A stretch of DNA of 64,000 nucleotides from NCBI GenBank assembly GCA_900617105.1, contig UYFQ01000779.1:1-64000 (forward strand). Reading direction: 5' to 3'. Position numbers and translations under genes: made by a program. Positions 1 to 13,365 of the stretch are shown here, one piece after another. The notes under the pieces are model-generated. The model was not told where the DNA came from and searched no databases. It saw only the letters and a program-made list of their open reading frames with translations. This stretch comes from Hydrurus foetidus. Taxonomy: Eukaryota. Numbering within the stretch: position 1 is the stretch's first letter; every line of letters begins with the position of its first letter.

Positions 1-17
1 ATATTTTGGTGAATAAT

Positions 18-1212
18 ATGAATACAGAAACGATACATACAAAAGTTTGCATTGGGGGCAGAGCCATCTGGTGCTTTCTGCAACATCCGTTTCTTAAGCA
101 GAGAAAAAGTAGCTCATATTACATTATTGGCGCTGCTAGATATCCAAGATATAAGGTTTGTGGTGATGGCTTGGATTTAAAAGCTATCACAATGCTGAAC
201 CATATTGATAAATCTATTTTAGAGAATGAAGCAAAGCCTAATGGTAAAATTCAAGCGTGTTGGGGCTTTCGACTAATTATCCAAAGGAAAATATACAGAG
301 TTTGTTTTCAAGCCTTCGATTGGCGATGAGAATAAACCACCATGGCGTATCTAACGATTTTCTGAATAATATTTTTAGTTGAAAAGTTTGATTCAGCATT
401 TACCAAATTTTTACAGAAACTAAAGCTATCAAGGTTGGTGTGGAAGATAAGTGATGGCACATCCTAGCTCAACAAAGATCAACAGATTACTATTATTTCA
501 CATTTGATTGTTGGTGCAGATGGAGATCACTCTATTGTACTAAAGACGGTAAAGCGAAAATTAACAGAGAGCATTATGCTGGAGGTGTAAGGCAATACTG
601 GCAAGGTGTTGAAGGAATTCTAAAGCATTTGGTGATTTATTATCCAAAGGCTTTTTCAATGAGTTATTTCGGATATTTCCTTTGGTGATGGCTTAGCAAA
701 TGTTGGGTATGGAATGCTAAGCTCCGTTGCTGCTAAAAACAATTATAACATCAGGAAATTTTACTGAGCTAATTAAAACAGATTCCATTCTTGAGCACGC
801 TTCTCTAATGCAAAAGCCTTGGATAATGTCATTGGCTGGGGTTTACCTCTTGCAACATTAAGAAGAAAGTGTAGTGGCAATGGTTGGCTTTAGTTGGAGA
901 TGCAGCATCTATGATTTCTCCTACAACTGGTGAGGGTGTTGGAACAGGAATGCAAGCAGGGGTTTATTGCTGCCAGTTTGTTAAACAAGCAATAGAGCTA
1001 AACAAGTTTGATAAACGGCATTTAAGAATTATGATAGAAGTTTATAAAAGGTAAGGATGATATAAAACTATTCAACCTTAGTATGTGGGTTTCTCCAAAA
1101 ATGATGGGATGGGTTATGAATAATATGTGCCTTTTAATTGTTTTAAAGACTTTCAAGGCAAGACAGTCAATGGTTAAACACTGCTTACAAAGTCAGGATT
1201 AGGCTAGATTAA
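18..1212 (+). CDS. Geranylgeranyl reductase family FAD-dependent oxidoreductase (indel-broken)
   Basis: N-terminal KVCI..GAGPSG Rossmann remnant, PR(Y)KVCGDG, ANVGYG and LVGDAASMISPTTGEGVG motifs across frames. Confidence 0.8.
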
Positions 1213-1644
1213 TTTTAGCAACGCCATTTATTACATCAATCTCAAAACCCTTTGACTGTAGATATTTCAGTGTTTTCAGCTTCTTGATTTGTATTCCTTG
1301 CTTTTCAAAATATATTTCGTACTGTTTGGTAAGTGTTTTTAATCGTCTTCATCTATTTGAGCAAGTGCTTTTTAATGTTGATAGGGGCTTATTTGTTGCC
1401 TTCAGTTCATATCTAATTTTCTCTACCCCACTGTTTAATTCTGAACTTGCCACCAGCAAACATTATACCAAATCTTTCTTCGTTTAAATAATTTTCCTCA
1501 ATTAAAGTTGCAATAATATTATTTACTTCAAACCATTAAACCATAATTCAATTTTGATTTGCTTATAAACATCGTTCTGATAAGAACAATACAACTAGTT
1601 TTGTAGAGCCTCTGCCTGTGCTAGTTGTTTTTGAAACTTTGCAT
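1209..1644 (-). CDS. recX: Regulatory protein RecX
   Basis: Minus-strand reading gives YCSYQER, LIEENYLNEERF..FAGGKFRIKQWG..KIRYELK and LKYLQSKGFE. Confidence 0.85.
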
Positions 1645-2154
1645 TATTTAACTAATTGTTTTAAAAATTGGTACTGTGCTAAGGTTCTCCATACATAATA
1701 CTTTTAGCAACAGGTCTTAACATATTTGTAATTTCAACATAAGCTGTTTCTGGTATAGAGACTTCTCCACAACCTTTTACAACAACTCTCTTATCTCTAA
1801 ATTCCTCAACATTAACTTTGAGATAGTTTCTTTAGAATTACAGTTTCAATCAATCTTTTTCTCGTCGCCAAAACAACATTTTGGCTATTGGTTCTAAAAT
1901 TAGTTGCAGCCAACATATAAGCCCACATTGGTATAATTGCATCTGCTGAACAAACAATACAAACATTTTTATCTTGAAAAGCAGACCAATCTGTAGTTTT
2001 GCAAGCAACTCTGTAGTCCTTCTCTTTAAAATTAATCCCATAAAAGGAAGTCTTTTAAATCGAATATTTTGATTTCATCTTTGGGATAGAAATCTTCTAG
2101 ATCAAAGTGAGAATACCACTTTCTTGCGACTTTATTTACAAATTCATGAGTCAT
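1644..2154 (-). CDS. DUF2480 family protein
   Basis: MTHEFVNKVA.SGILT.DLEDFYP, GLILK, CSADAIIP.WAYML, RVVVKGCG, SIMYGEP.STVPIFK; stop overlaps the recX ATG (TAATG). Confidence 0.8.
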
Positions 2155-2220
2155 TTTATTATTTAAAGATTACAAAAGTAGCTTTTTATAAACGATTGCC
2201 CTCTTTCGTAATTCAGTAAC

Positions 2221-2247
2221 AAAACCCGAATCAAATGATTCGGTTTT
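2221..2247 (-). terminator. Rho-independent terminator after ppiD-like gene
   Basis: AAAACCCGAATCA-AA-TGATTCGGTTTT inverted repeat 20 nt past the stop. Confidence 0.65.
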
Positions 2248-2268
2248 AAGCCATTCAATATTTAATTT

Positions 2269-4328
2269 TTAGTAAAGATCTCCTCTGTTATCAAATATCA
2301 GCTACTTTTAATAGCTCATTACTAATTCTACTTCCAGCACCTTTAATAGTATTGTTCAACATTCCTTTAACTGAATTAGGATCAGATGGGCTGCTGCTCT
2401 AGCTGCAATATTCTCAACGCAACAAATACACCCGATAGCAATAGGTTCTGTAACTTTTCCTTTGTTTGAGGCATTGAAAGCAGCACCTGCAAATTTGTAA
2501 TCATTACCCAACATCATATTCAGCATTCGCTGCAGGAAGTGTGTCTATTCTTTGAACTGAAGCACCATTACCAACTGCTGTTGCTATTGCTTCTAAAGTT
2601 GTACCAGTCATTTTAGAAATAATTTGTTTTGCTTTCTTTTCATTTCTTACTAGACTCTCAACTTGTGGACAGAGTGTTTGAGCAGATGGTAGACCCGGTT
2701 TATTAACTGCTGTAACAACTCCAACAACGTATTTATTATTGAATGAATGATACGTTTCAGTAATATCACTAACACCTTTTCATAAATCCATCTAACCAAA
2801 GTTCTGTTGCTTCTAGACCAGGAACAGAGAAATCAACTTTTAATTCCATCGGCAGGATAAGCCGTTTTATTTAATTTTTTTGCTACTTCATCAAACTCTT
2901 TTTAGATTTTACTGAACTGATTTGCTAGCTTCATTTTGTAGCAATATCTGTTTCTGTTACTTAAAGAAATTTGTTTAGCAAAATATGCAATATTGTAAGC
3001 TGTGCTAGAACCTTTTGACCTAGAACTTCTACATAATGATATCCAAATTCTGTTTTAACAATTCATGATCCAACTACTGCGTGAAAGCGAAATCATTGAA
3101 TGCACCAACCATTCTTCCACTTGTAAAATAATCATACACACCACCTTTAGCTTTTACTTCCTTCATCTTCACTAGATTTCATACAAAGAGAATCGAAGTT
3201 TGCACCAGCTTTAAGTTTCATTTCAATAGTATCAAGTAAATGCTTTGCAGTGCTATCATCTCTAACTCTGAAAGATTGACCAGTTTTTGATCTCTATCAG
3301 TGGTTTTAATAAGGATATGTCTAACCTAGCACTATCAGCAATTGTTTTAACGCCAACCATTTTAGCTAAAACATAATTATTACCATCTAAATATGGTCCA
3401 AATACACCACCAACAGGTAACTTAACTAACGTGTCTTTAATTTGTTGTTTGATTTCTTTGCCAGCTATATAGCCATTGTAGAATTGCATTTCTGGTAGTG
3501 CTTGCAAAAATGTTTCTACATTAGTAGCAGATGCAAAATCAGCTTTCTTAGTTTCCAAGTTTTGTTTTACAGCATCAGAATCACTTTTGCTAGAACAGCA
3601 TCGAAGCTTACGTAAGAAAAGAACGAGTTTCTTCGTCTTTCTCATAAAGCTTACTATGTTTTTTCCATAAGCAATTATTTCATCGTCACTAACTTTAATT
3701 GTGCTATCTACTATTGTTCCATAAGGAACTGCAACATAAGAAACAGTTGAAAAGCTATTGTTATCTGCTTGTTGTTTTTCAATCAACCATTTTGGTGCAT
3801 AAGCAGCTTGAGAAATAATGCTATTGAATTTAGAATATTTAGCTTGTAAAATTGTTGGCTCAACAATTCCTTCATAAACACCTTTCTTTTGATCTTCTTT
3901 TCCAGATTTTTAAACTGGCTCCAAGCTTGTTTTGCTTTTCAACATCTGCTTGACCAGTTTGTTGATCTCTAAACTCGCCCATTAAAGGAGAATTTGGTTT
4001 AAACAACTCTTCACTTAATTGCTTATCTGTGCAAGCAAGACCCAATTTATCAAACTCTTGGTTTAATAAAATTTGACCAACTTCTTGGTTCCAAAGTTGA
4101 CCAATCGTTTTCTCTTGTTGAGCATTTCCTTGACTTGCATTTCAACTTTCTTGTCAAACTCTTTCCTATCAATACTTTTACCATTTACTTTACCAACAGT
4201 TGAGCCTGTTCCTAATAAAGAACCTCTACGACTTAAACCATCTTGTAGAATAAATGCAATTAATGCTAGAGCGATAACTCCACCAACAATCCAAGCTCAC
4301 GATCACGAATACTTTGAATAATAGACAT
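2269..4328 (-). CDS. ppiD: Peptidylprolyl isomerase with SurA N-terminal domain (PpiD-like periplasmic chaperone)
   Basis: MSIIQSIR..GVIALALIAFILQD membrane anchor, VFGPY, parvulin motifs (MVGAFNDF, KTEFGYH), ends DNRGDLY. Confidence 0.8.
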
Positions 4329-4384
4329 AAACTTATATACTTTATTTTTAAAGGATGGCAAAATAGGTAATTAGGGTATTGAAC

Positions 4385-4875
4385 AAACTGTGGAAAACTA
4401 TTCAAATGCTTATTGGTAAAAGATTCTTTTGTTAATTACTTTTAAGAAAATTGATGGTTGCATTATCCATCAGAATATGCTCATTTTTTCTATTAACATT
4501 GCTTTGTTAATAAACCACAAAACCTGTTAGAAAATTACAATTTCTAAAAATAAAATGTTGGAAGTCGTAGAATAAGTGGGTGTTTTTGGATGCTTAGGTA
4601 CAATCAGCCAATTTCTATTCCATTACACTAGCAATTAACAGTTAATATCTCGACAGTTTATCAATGTTAAAAACTGAACTACTTTTATAAAGATTGTTTA
4701 AAAGCAATTGAAAGTATTGTAGACATTAAATTTTCTTGATTTAATAAAATGTGAATTAGAGTGAATAAGTTCTAGCTTATTAACTTTGCCTTCTGTGAAT
4801 AACTAAGTTATAACGATATTAACACCCGTAATAATAGTAGTTGTTTTATATAAATGTATTATTAAATACTATTAC
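4385..4875. other. Candidate replication origin (oriC): DnaA-box cluster, DnaA-trio-like repeats and AT-rich tract
   Basis: TGTGAATAA 4794-4802, TGTGGAAAA 4389-4397, AGTGAATAA 4760-4768, TGTGAATTA 4750-4758, TGTTAATAA 4505-4513, TTATCCATC 4463-4471; ATATTAACA-CCCG-TAATAATAGTAG at 4816-4840; divergent flanking genes. Confidence 0.6.
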
Positions 4876-4882
4876 AAGAGAT

Positions 4883-5867
4883 ATGAACATTGACATTTCA
4901 AAATAGAAGCAGCAGGTTTTTAGATATTGATATTAATCCAACAATTGATTTATTTGCAGAGATTAATAAATTAAAAAGAAAAGAATGCAATTGTACTGGC
5001 ACACTATTATCAAGAACCCGATATTCAAGATGTGGCTGATTATATTGGTGACAGTTTGTTTAGCACAAAAGCAGCTAACACCAATGCTGATATTATAGTT
5101 TTGCAGGAGTTCACTTTTATGGCTGAAACTGCAAAATTTTAAATCCAACAAAAAAGTGTTGCTACCAGATTTAAAAGCTGGATGTAGTTTAGCTGATTCT
5201 GCACCTGCTAATCTTTTCAAAGCCTTTAAGGATAAGCATCCTGAGCATTTGGTGATAAGTTATATTAATTGCACAGCAGATATAAAAGCTTTAAGTGATA
5301 TTATTTGTACATCGTCAAATGCTGAAGCTATTTTAAAAGTTTGCCAAAAGACCAAAAGATAATTTTTGCTCCCGATAAAAATCTTGGTGGATATCTAAAT
5401 AAAAAACTGGCAGAAATATGTTGTTATGGAATGGAGCTTGTATGGTTCATGAGATTTTTAGCTTAGAGAAAATTACTAAATTAAAATTCGTCATCCTAAA
5501 GCTCAATTAATTTCTCACCCAGAATGTGAAGAAGCGGTTTAAATATTTCTGATTATGTTGGCAGCACAACACAATTGTTGAAATATGCACAAACCAGTGA
5601 TGTTAATGAGTTTATTGTAGCAACAGAAACTGGCATATTGCACCAAATGCAAATTAGCACGCCTAATAAAACATTTATACCAGCACCACCAAATAACAGT
5701 TGTGCTTGCAATGATTGTCCACATGAAGCTAAACACACTTGAAAAATTGTATATCTGTATGCAATATGAATTGCCAGAAATTACGATGAATGAAAAATTA
5801 AGAGTAGCTGCTAAAACCAATTGATAGAATGTTAGAAATTAGTAAGGCTGCTGGTTTAGTAGGATAA
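4883..5867 (+). CDS. nadA: Quinolinate synthase
   Basis: [66 protein letters not shown]. Confidence 0.95.
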
Positions 5868-5884
5868 AATCAACTATTTATTTA

Positions 5885-7366
5885 ATGAGAATATTACTTT
5901 TATTAACATCATTTATAGTTTGTTTATTATCCTGTAGTACAAGAGATGAAAATAGAATTTATACAAAAATTTGATCCTCTTAGTTTAAAAAAAGATTTTG
6001 AATCTTTTAGACAAATAATAAAATATGCTCATCCAGGAAAATACTTTCACTGCTCACCCAAAGAACTGGATAAACTATTTGATAGTATTGAAAATACATT
6101 AGATAAAGATCATACAGAGATCGAGTTTATCAAAACTTGCAATCATTACAAAAATTGCTTGTGTTCATACCAACCTTAGTCTTTCAAAAGTTCTTAGCGA
6201 TTCTCTAATGCATCAAGAAATACTATTTCCTATTCCCTTGATTTGTATAAATAATAAATTGTATGTAAACAGCAATGAAACAGATTTACCACTTGCTGCA
6301 GAAATAATTAAAATTAATAATCAGTCGTCAGAACAAATTTTAAAGAAAATTGAAGCTGTAAATGTTTCTGATGGATTTAGTAATGGTTATGCACAAACAC
6401 AAATAGCCACTTCATTTTTTATGATTACTATATTACAAATGGACCAGAAAAAAGAGTTTACTGTTTTATTAAAAGTTCATCCAGATAGTTTACAAAGAGT
6501 TCAAAAATAAAAGCTAAAACCTTGATGAAATTACAGGAAATTATCATCAAAAATGGTTTGAATACAATAGTGCTACCGATTTTGATTTGGAGTTTTAAAT
6601 GAAAAAATCTGCAATTCTAACACTACGTTCTTTTCATTTTGCTGGTAATGGCAAACAAGAACCTTATAATCATTTTTTAGAAAACACATTTAGATTGCTT
6701 CGTTTATCAAACACTAAAATTTAATTGTTGATATCGGGGATAATGCAGGAGGAAATTACTCCAATACAATGCTGACTTATAGTTACCTAGGCAAACGAAA
6801 TTTGAATATTTGTAAAAAGCCTGGATGATTTTTGATGAAGTGCCATACCTGGCACAAATAAGTGATGAGATTTGCAGGAAGCAAACATTGTAGATGAAGT
6901 TAGAAAAGCAGAATTTAATACAAAACTAAAATCAACCTATTTTTGATTCCCTACAAAACGATTTATACGAGGTAAAAAGAAAATCATTTTGACGGTAATT
7001 TATTTATCGTTACAAACGCCAATACTGTTTCTTGTGGTGCATACTTTGCTTCTTTGTTAAAAGATGAAGGAAGAGCTGTTATTATTGGTACAGAAACAGG
7101 AGGTGGTGCAACCAACATAGTGGTTTTAAAGATTTAACTTATACATTACCCAATACCAAAATAAAACTATCTTTTTCTGTAACTGCTGTTATTCATAATC
7201 TTCAAAACCAAAACAGAATGTACATAGAGGTGTCATTCCAGATTATTATAAAAATGTAACACAAGCAGATTTTATAGATAATACCGATACTGAGATGAAT
7301 TTTATTTTGGATAGTCTGATAAACACAAAAATTATTTCGCAACTAAAAGTATTAAAAAATCCTTAA
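5885..7366 (+). CDS. S41 family peptidase, probable lipoprotein
   Basis: LLSC lipobox, YAHPG, PDZ-like segment, IVDIRDNAGGN, TNANTVSCG, IIGTETGGG, GVIPD. Confidence 0.75.
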
Positions 7367-7394
7367 AACTATATTTGTATTTTGAATAGATATT

Positions 7395-9034
7395 ATGGAA
7401 CAAAACGCAAGTGAGAGCTTATTTAAATCGGTAAGAAGTTTATTTAGAATACTAAAACTTGATAAAAAGATATTTCAAGTATTTACTTTTTGCCATTCTT
7501 GGTGGCATTATTGCATTGACATTGCCATTAGGTATTCAAACAATCATCAACTTTGTTACAGCTGGCACTATATCGACATCAATTATTGTTCTAATAATTA
7601 TTGTTGTATTTGGTGTGTTTATAAATGGATTGGTGCAAAGTGAGACAAATGCAAATAACAGAAAAAGTAAAACAAAAATATTTACAAGATACTCATTAGA
7701 ATTTGCCAACAAACTGCCACATCTTAACATAGAAAAGTTAGATAAATATTATTTGCCTGAGCTTGTAAATAGATATTTTGATGCACCAGCATTAACTAAA
7801 AGTATAGAAAAATTTTGTTAGATGTTCCTGCTGCCATTATTCAAATTGTGTTTGGTTTAATACTACTCTCTTTCTATCATCCCATATTCATTGGTTTTGG
7901 TTTGTTTTAATGACAGCTGTAATTGCCATTATTAAATATTCATCACCACAAGGTTTAGCCACTAGTTTAAAAGCAAGTGATTATAAATATGCCATTGCAA
8001 GTTGGCTAGAGGAAATGGCAAGGGTGATAAAATCGTTTAAATATGGCAAAGACACAAACCTACATTTACACAAAGCCGACAAATTAGTAAGTGGTTATTT
8101 AGATGCAAGAACAGCACATTTTAAAATATTGCTAACACAGTTTTGGAGCTTGATAAGTTTTAAAATAATTATAACAGCAGCAATGCTTAGTGTTGGTAGT
8201 TACTTGGTAATAGATAATCAAATAAATGTTGGACAATTTATAGCAGCCGATATTGTAATTATTGCCATTATGAGCAGCGTGGAAAAACTAATTAGCAGTT
8301 TAGATACAGTGTATGATACACTTACTTCCATTGAAAAATTAAGCAAGGTAATTGATAGCGATACAGAAATATCTGGCACTAGAGAATTAGAACCAATTAA
8401 TAAAGGTGTTGACGTAGAATTTATAAATGTAAATTTTGGATATGGCGAAAAGGAAGTGCTAAAAACCTATCGTTTAAAATCCAAGCAGGACAAACAATTT
8501 GTTTGTGTGGACCATCTGGCTCTGGTAAATCATCAGTATTAAGATTGCTAACAGGAGCTTTCACAAATTTTACTGGGACTGTTTTAATAGACAATGTACC
8601 CATAGGAAATTATAGTTTAAGAAGTCTACGTTCTCAAACAGGAATTTTGCTAAGTCAGCAAGATATTTTTAATGGCACTTTACTTGAAAATTTAACACTA
8701 GGTAGTGCAGATATTTCTATTGAAGAAGTTACTCGACTTAGTGATAAACTAAATTTAAAAGATTTTATAAAACCTATAAAGATGGCTACGATGCAGTGTT
8801 AGATACACAAGGCAAAAAAATAAACTCGAATATTAGACAAGAAATTTTGCTAGTGAGAGCATTGGTAGGAAAACATAGATTACTACTTTTAGAAAATCCT
8901 TTTAACAATTTAGAGCCTCAAGAAATTATAGCTTTAATGGATTATCTACAAACAGAAAATAATGCCACCATCATTATTACATCTGAAGCCAACGAAGTAA
9001 AAGTAAATGTAATATGGTAATAAACCTTAAATAA
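7395..9034 (+). CDS. ABC exporter (T1SS-type) permease/ATPase with degenerate nucleotide-binding site
   Basis: LTLPLGIQTIIN, PELVNRYFD, INVGQFIAADIVI, Walker A GPSGSGKS, Walker B region LLLLENP. Confidence 0.85.
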
Positions 9035-9038
9035 AACA

Positions 9039-10387
9039 ATGGAAATATTACAGCATAATATAGATAAATTATCACAGCTAAATTCTTTGCAATCCTATAA
9101 AAAATTTATAGAATTGATAAGCAAAGTAGCGTAAAACGTTGGTTAATTAGCATTACAATTATTTGTCTAATTGCAATGTTTTTACCTTGGACACAAAATA
9201 TAAAAGCAAGTGGCACCATCACAACTTTGAAACAAGAAGACAGGCCACAAGAAATAAATACTGTGCTTAGTGGCAGCATTGTTAAATGGTATATTAAAGA
9301 AGGAGATTTTGTAAAAAAGAGATACCATTTTGCAACTTGGCGAGGTAAAGGTTGATTATTTTGATCCTAAATTATTAGAAAGAACCCAACAGCAATTAGC
9401 ATCTAAACAGCAAAGTGCTGAAGGTTATGAAGGAAAAGCAAAACAGCCGATACACAAATACAAGCCCAGCAAGAAGCACAGGTTTAAAACTTGCAATGCT
9501 TGATAATAAAATCAATCAACAACAACTAAAATCATTAGTGATAGCAACGATGTGATAGCTATTGCCAATGAGTTAAGTATTTATAAACGCCAGCTTGATG
9601 CAGGAAAAGTAATGCTTGATAGTGGTGCTATTTCTTTAGTTGATTTTGAAAGAGAAGAGCCAACTATCAAAATGGTTTTGCAAAAAAATAAGTGCCGAAA
9701 ATAAATTGGCTCAAAGCCGTCAAGAATTAACCAATTATAGAATTGAAAAAAACAGTGTGGTGCAAGAGTATATTGATAAAGTTTCTAAAACCGAAGGCGA
9801 TAGATTTGGTTCTTTATCCAGCCTTGCGGCAACACAAGCAGATATTGCTAAACTGCAAAATATTTATGCCAACTACGACATTAGAAATAAACTCTATTAC
9901 ATTATTGCACCACAAGATGGGCAAATTGTTAAAAGCAAAAAAGCAGGTATTGGCGAGTTTATAAAAGAAGGAGAAATGATGGTGCAAATTGTACCAATAA
10001 ACACTAACTATGCTGTTGAGATGTTTGTGGAGCCAATGGACTTACCACTCATTCACAAAGGCGAAAAAGTGCGTTTATTTTTGATGGTTTTCCTGCTATT
10101 GTTTTAGTGGTTGGCCAAAAAGTAGCTATGGAACTTTTGGAGGAAAAATTGCAGCCATTGAAACCAATATTAGCAGCAATGGAAAGTTTAGGGTATTGGT
10201 TGCAGAAGATACCACTGAACAAAAAACCTTGGCCCCAAATTTGAAAATTGGTGGTGGTGCAAAAGGAATTGCCTTGTTAAAAGATGTAAAAATTGGATAC
10301 GAATTATGGAGAAATATCAACGGTTTCCACCAGAATATTATAAGCCAAAAACTAAAGAAGAGTCAAAACAAAAGACGAAAAAAGTAA
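9039..10387 (+). CDS. HlyD family periplasmic adaptor
   Basis: MFLPWTQNI, RPQEINT..SG.IVKWYIKEGD, IIAPQDG, GFPAIVFSGWP, YELWRNINGF. Confidence 0.9.
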
Positions 10388-11755
10388 ATGAAATTCATTA
10401 GTACCATCATCTTTTTCTAATACTATCAAATGTTGTAGCACAACAAAAGTGCTATCGCTTGATGAGTTTATACAACAAGTAAAGCAATATCATCCTATTG
10501 TTAAACAAGCCAATTTATTGGTAGAAAAAGCCAAGGCAGAAATATTAATTGCCAAAGGAGAATTTGACCCAACCATTTATTTTGATGCCAGTAGAAAAAC
10601 ACTGGACGAAAAAATTACTACTACTATACCAATCCAGAGCTAAAATTCCATTGCCCATTGGCAATATAAAAACTGGTGTTGAAGACAATGGTGGTGATAG
10701 AATGAGCAGCGAATTAACATCTGGCAAAAGCAGCTATTTTGGTTTTGAAATTCCATTGGCAAAAGGATTACTGATTGATAAAAGAAGAGCTGCTTTACAA
10801 CAAGCAAAATTTTCAAAACCAATCGGACCAAGAACGATTAATTGTTTTAAACAATTTGTTATACGATGCTTATGCTACCTACATTCAATGGTTAGGAGCA
10901 TATCAACTTGCTAATATTTATACCAACTATATTATTGTTGGTAAAGACAGATTAAGGCTTATAAAAATTGCTACACAAAATGGCGATAGAAGTGCAATGG
11001 ATACACTAGAAGCATTTACACAATTGCAGAATATTGAAATGCAACAAGTGGATGCTCAATTAAAATTGATGAATGCTGTGTTAGACGTTTCAAATTTTTA
11101 TGGAACGAAAAAGATAGTGCTGTTGTACTTTCTCAAACTATGTGCCACAAGATAATGCTGCAAAATTTATAAAAGATGATGCGTTGGCTGAAACTATCGT
11201 AAACACTGCATTACAGCAAAATCCTACACTTAAATATTATAATTTTAAGATAGATGCTTTACTGGTAGAGCAACGTTTAAAAAGCAAAATCTATTGCCAA
11301 CTATTAATGCAAAAGCCAATATTTTAAACAAAGATTATGCAGTATTTAATGGATTTAATACTGCCTTTATACAAAACAATTATAAGTGGGAATAGATTTT
11401 AAGTTTCCTATTTTTCTTAGAGAGGAAAGAGGAGAAACTAGAAAAGCTGCTATAAAAATTAAAGAAGCCAACTATGAATTGAATTATAAAAACAACAAAC
11501 ACAAACCAAAATTTTAGCTTACTATAACGAGCACCTACAACTGCAAAAACAATACAAATTAGCACAGGCATCTTTTAATAATTACAACACTTTATATAAA
11601 ATGAATTGCTAAAATTCACCAACGGCGAAAGCACATTATTTTTAATAAATAGCCGAGAGAATAAAGTAGTGGAAATGCAGCAAAACTTACCGAACTAAAA
11701 GTAAAATGTATAAAGCCAAATATGCCATTGATTGGGCAAGTGGGTGTTAAATTAA
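10388..11755 (+). CDS. TolC family outer membrane efflux protein
   Basis: EFIQQVKQYHPIVKQA, AKGEFDP, IPLAKGLLIDKRRA, GESTLFLINSRE. Confidence 0.85.
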
Positions 11756-11802
11756 TAATGCATTTATAATTTGCTTTATGTTTGTCAACACAAAATAGCA
11801 CA

Positions 11803-13326
11803 ATGCCAACACAAGAACAATTCATTTCAACTGTAAATACAGGTTACACATTTAAAGGCGATAAAGTAAAAATTGGAGTAGCAATGCTTGATGGTCAAGT
11901 TGTGCCAGGAGCAGATGTTTATTTGCCATTAAAACAATGAATCGCCATGGGTTAATTGCAGGAGCTACTGGTACTGGCAAAACCAAAACCTTGCAAATGA
12001 TTAGTGAGTGTTTGAGCGATAATAGTGTGCCTGTTGTATTGATGGATATTAAAGGAGACCTCAGTGGTATAGCAGCTTCAGGCGTTTTGAATGATAAAAT
12101 TACAGACCGTTGCAATCATTTAAACATTACATATACACCATCAAATTTTCCTACAGAATTATATAGTTTAAGTGATCAAAAAGGAGTTCGTTTAAGAGCA
12201 ACTGTTACAGAATTTGGTCCAATTTTATTAAGTAAAATTTTGAATCTTAACGATACGCAAGAAGGTTTGGTAGCAATGATTTTTAAATATTGCGATGATA
12301 ATAAAATGCCTTTGGTTGACCTTAAAGATTTTATAAAAGTATTGCAATACATAGCCAACGAAGGCAAGGATGAATTGCAAAACAATATGGAAATATTTCT
12401 TCAACTTCAACAGGAACCATACTTAGAAAAATTATAGAATTGCAACAACAAGGTGCAGATATTTTTTGGAGAAAGAAGTTTTGAGGTAGATGATTTAATG
12501 AGAATAAGTGATGATGGACGGGGAATGATCAATATTTTACGGGTGATGGATATGCAAAATCGTCCAAAATTATTCAGCACATTTATGTTGCAATTGTTGG
12601 CAGAATTATATGCTACTTGCCCCGAGGAAGGTGACCTTGATAAACCCAAATTGGTATTGATAATTGATGAAGCACACTTGGTGTTTCAAGAAGCAACAAC
12701 AGCTCTATTACAACAAATCGAAACTGTTATCAAACTCATACGCAGCAAAGGAATTGGCATTTTCTTTTGTACACAAAATCCACAAGATATTCCTGCAAGT
12801 ATATTGGCACAATTGGGTTTAAAAGTGCAACACGCTTTACGTGCATTTACTGCTGCTGATAGAAAACAATTAAAACCGCTGCTGAAAATTTTCCTGAAAC
12901 TGAATATTATAAAACAGATGAATTGCTTACACAAATGGGCATTGGCGAAGGCTTTGTAACCTTGCTAAATGAAAAGGAATTCCAACGCCATTGGTGCATA
13001 CTATGCTTTGTCCACCACGTAGTAGAATGGATGTATTAACAGATACAGAAATTGATACTTTAATCTCTAAAAGTAAACTTGTAAAAATATAGTGAGGTAA
13101 TTGACAGCGAAAGTGCTTATGAAATGCTGACTAAAAAATAGAAGCAGCTACACAACAACAAGAAGAAATTAAACAGGAAAAAGAAGAGAAGAAATCATCA
13201 GAAAAAGAAACTAGCTTTTTGATAACCCAATTAAAACAAGTTGGCAGAACAGCTGCAAGTGTAATTACTCGTGGGTTGTTGGGTGCATTGGGTTTAACAG
13301 GACGAGGAAAGAAAAGTTTGTTTTAA
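11803..13326 (+). CDS. DUF853 / HerA-like P-loop ATPase (YjgR family)
   Basis: MNRHGLIAGATGTGKTKT, DIKGDLSG, RATVTEFGP, IDEAH, LIRSKGIGIFFCTQNP, VQHALRAFT. Confidence 0.9.
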
Positions 13327-13365
13327 ATAAAAAGAACATATAAATTCGTTAACAAATAACTACTT

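Noticed and set aside
11803..13326. HerA-based anti-phage system
   Set aside because: Sequence is the housekeeping-type DUF853/YjgR family; no SIR2, NurA or nuclease partner adjacent
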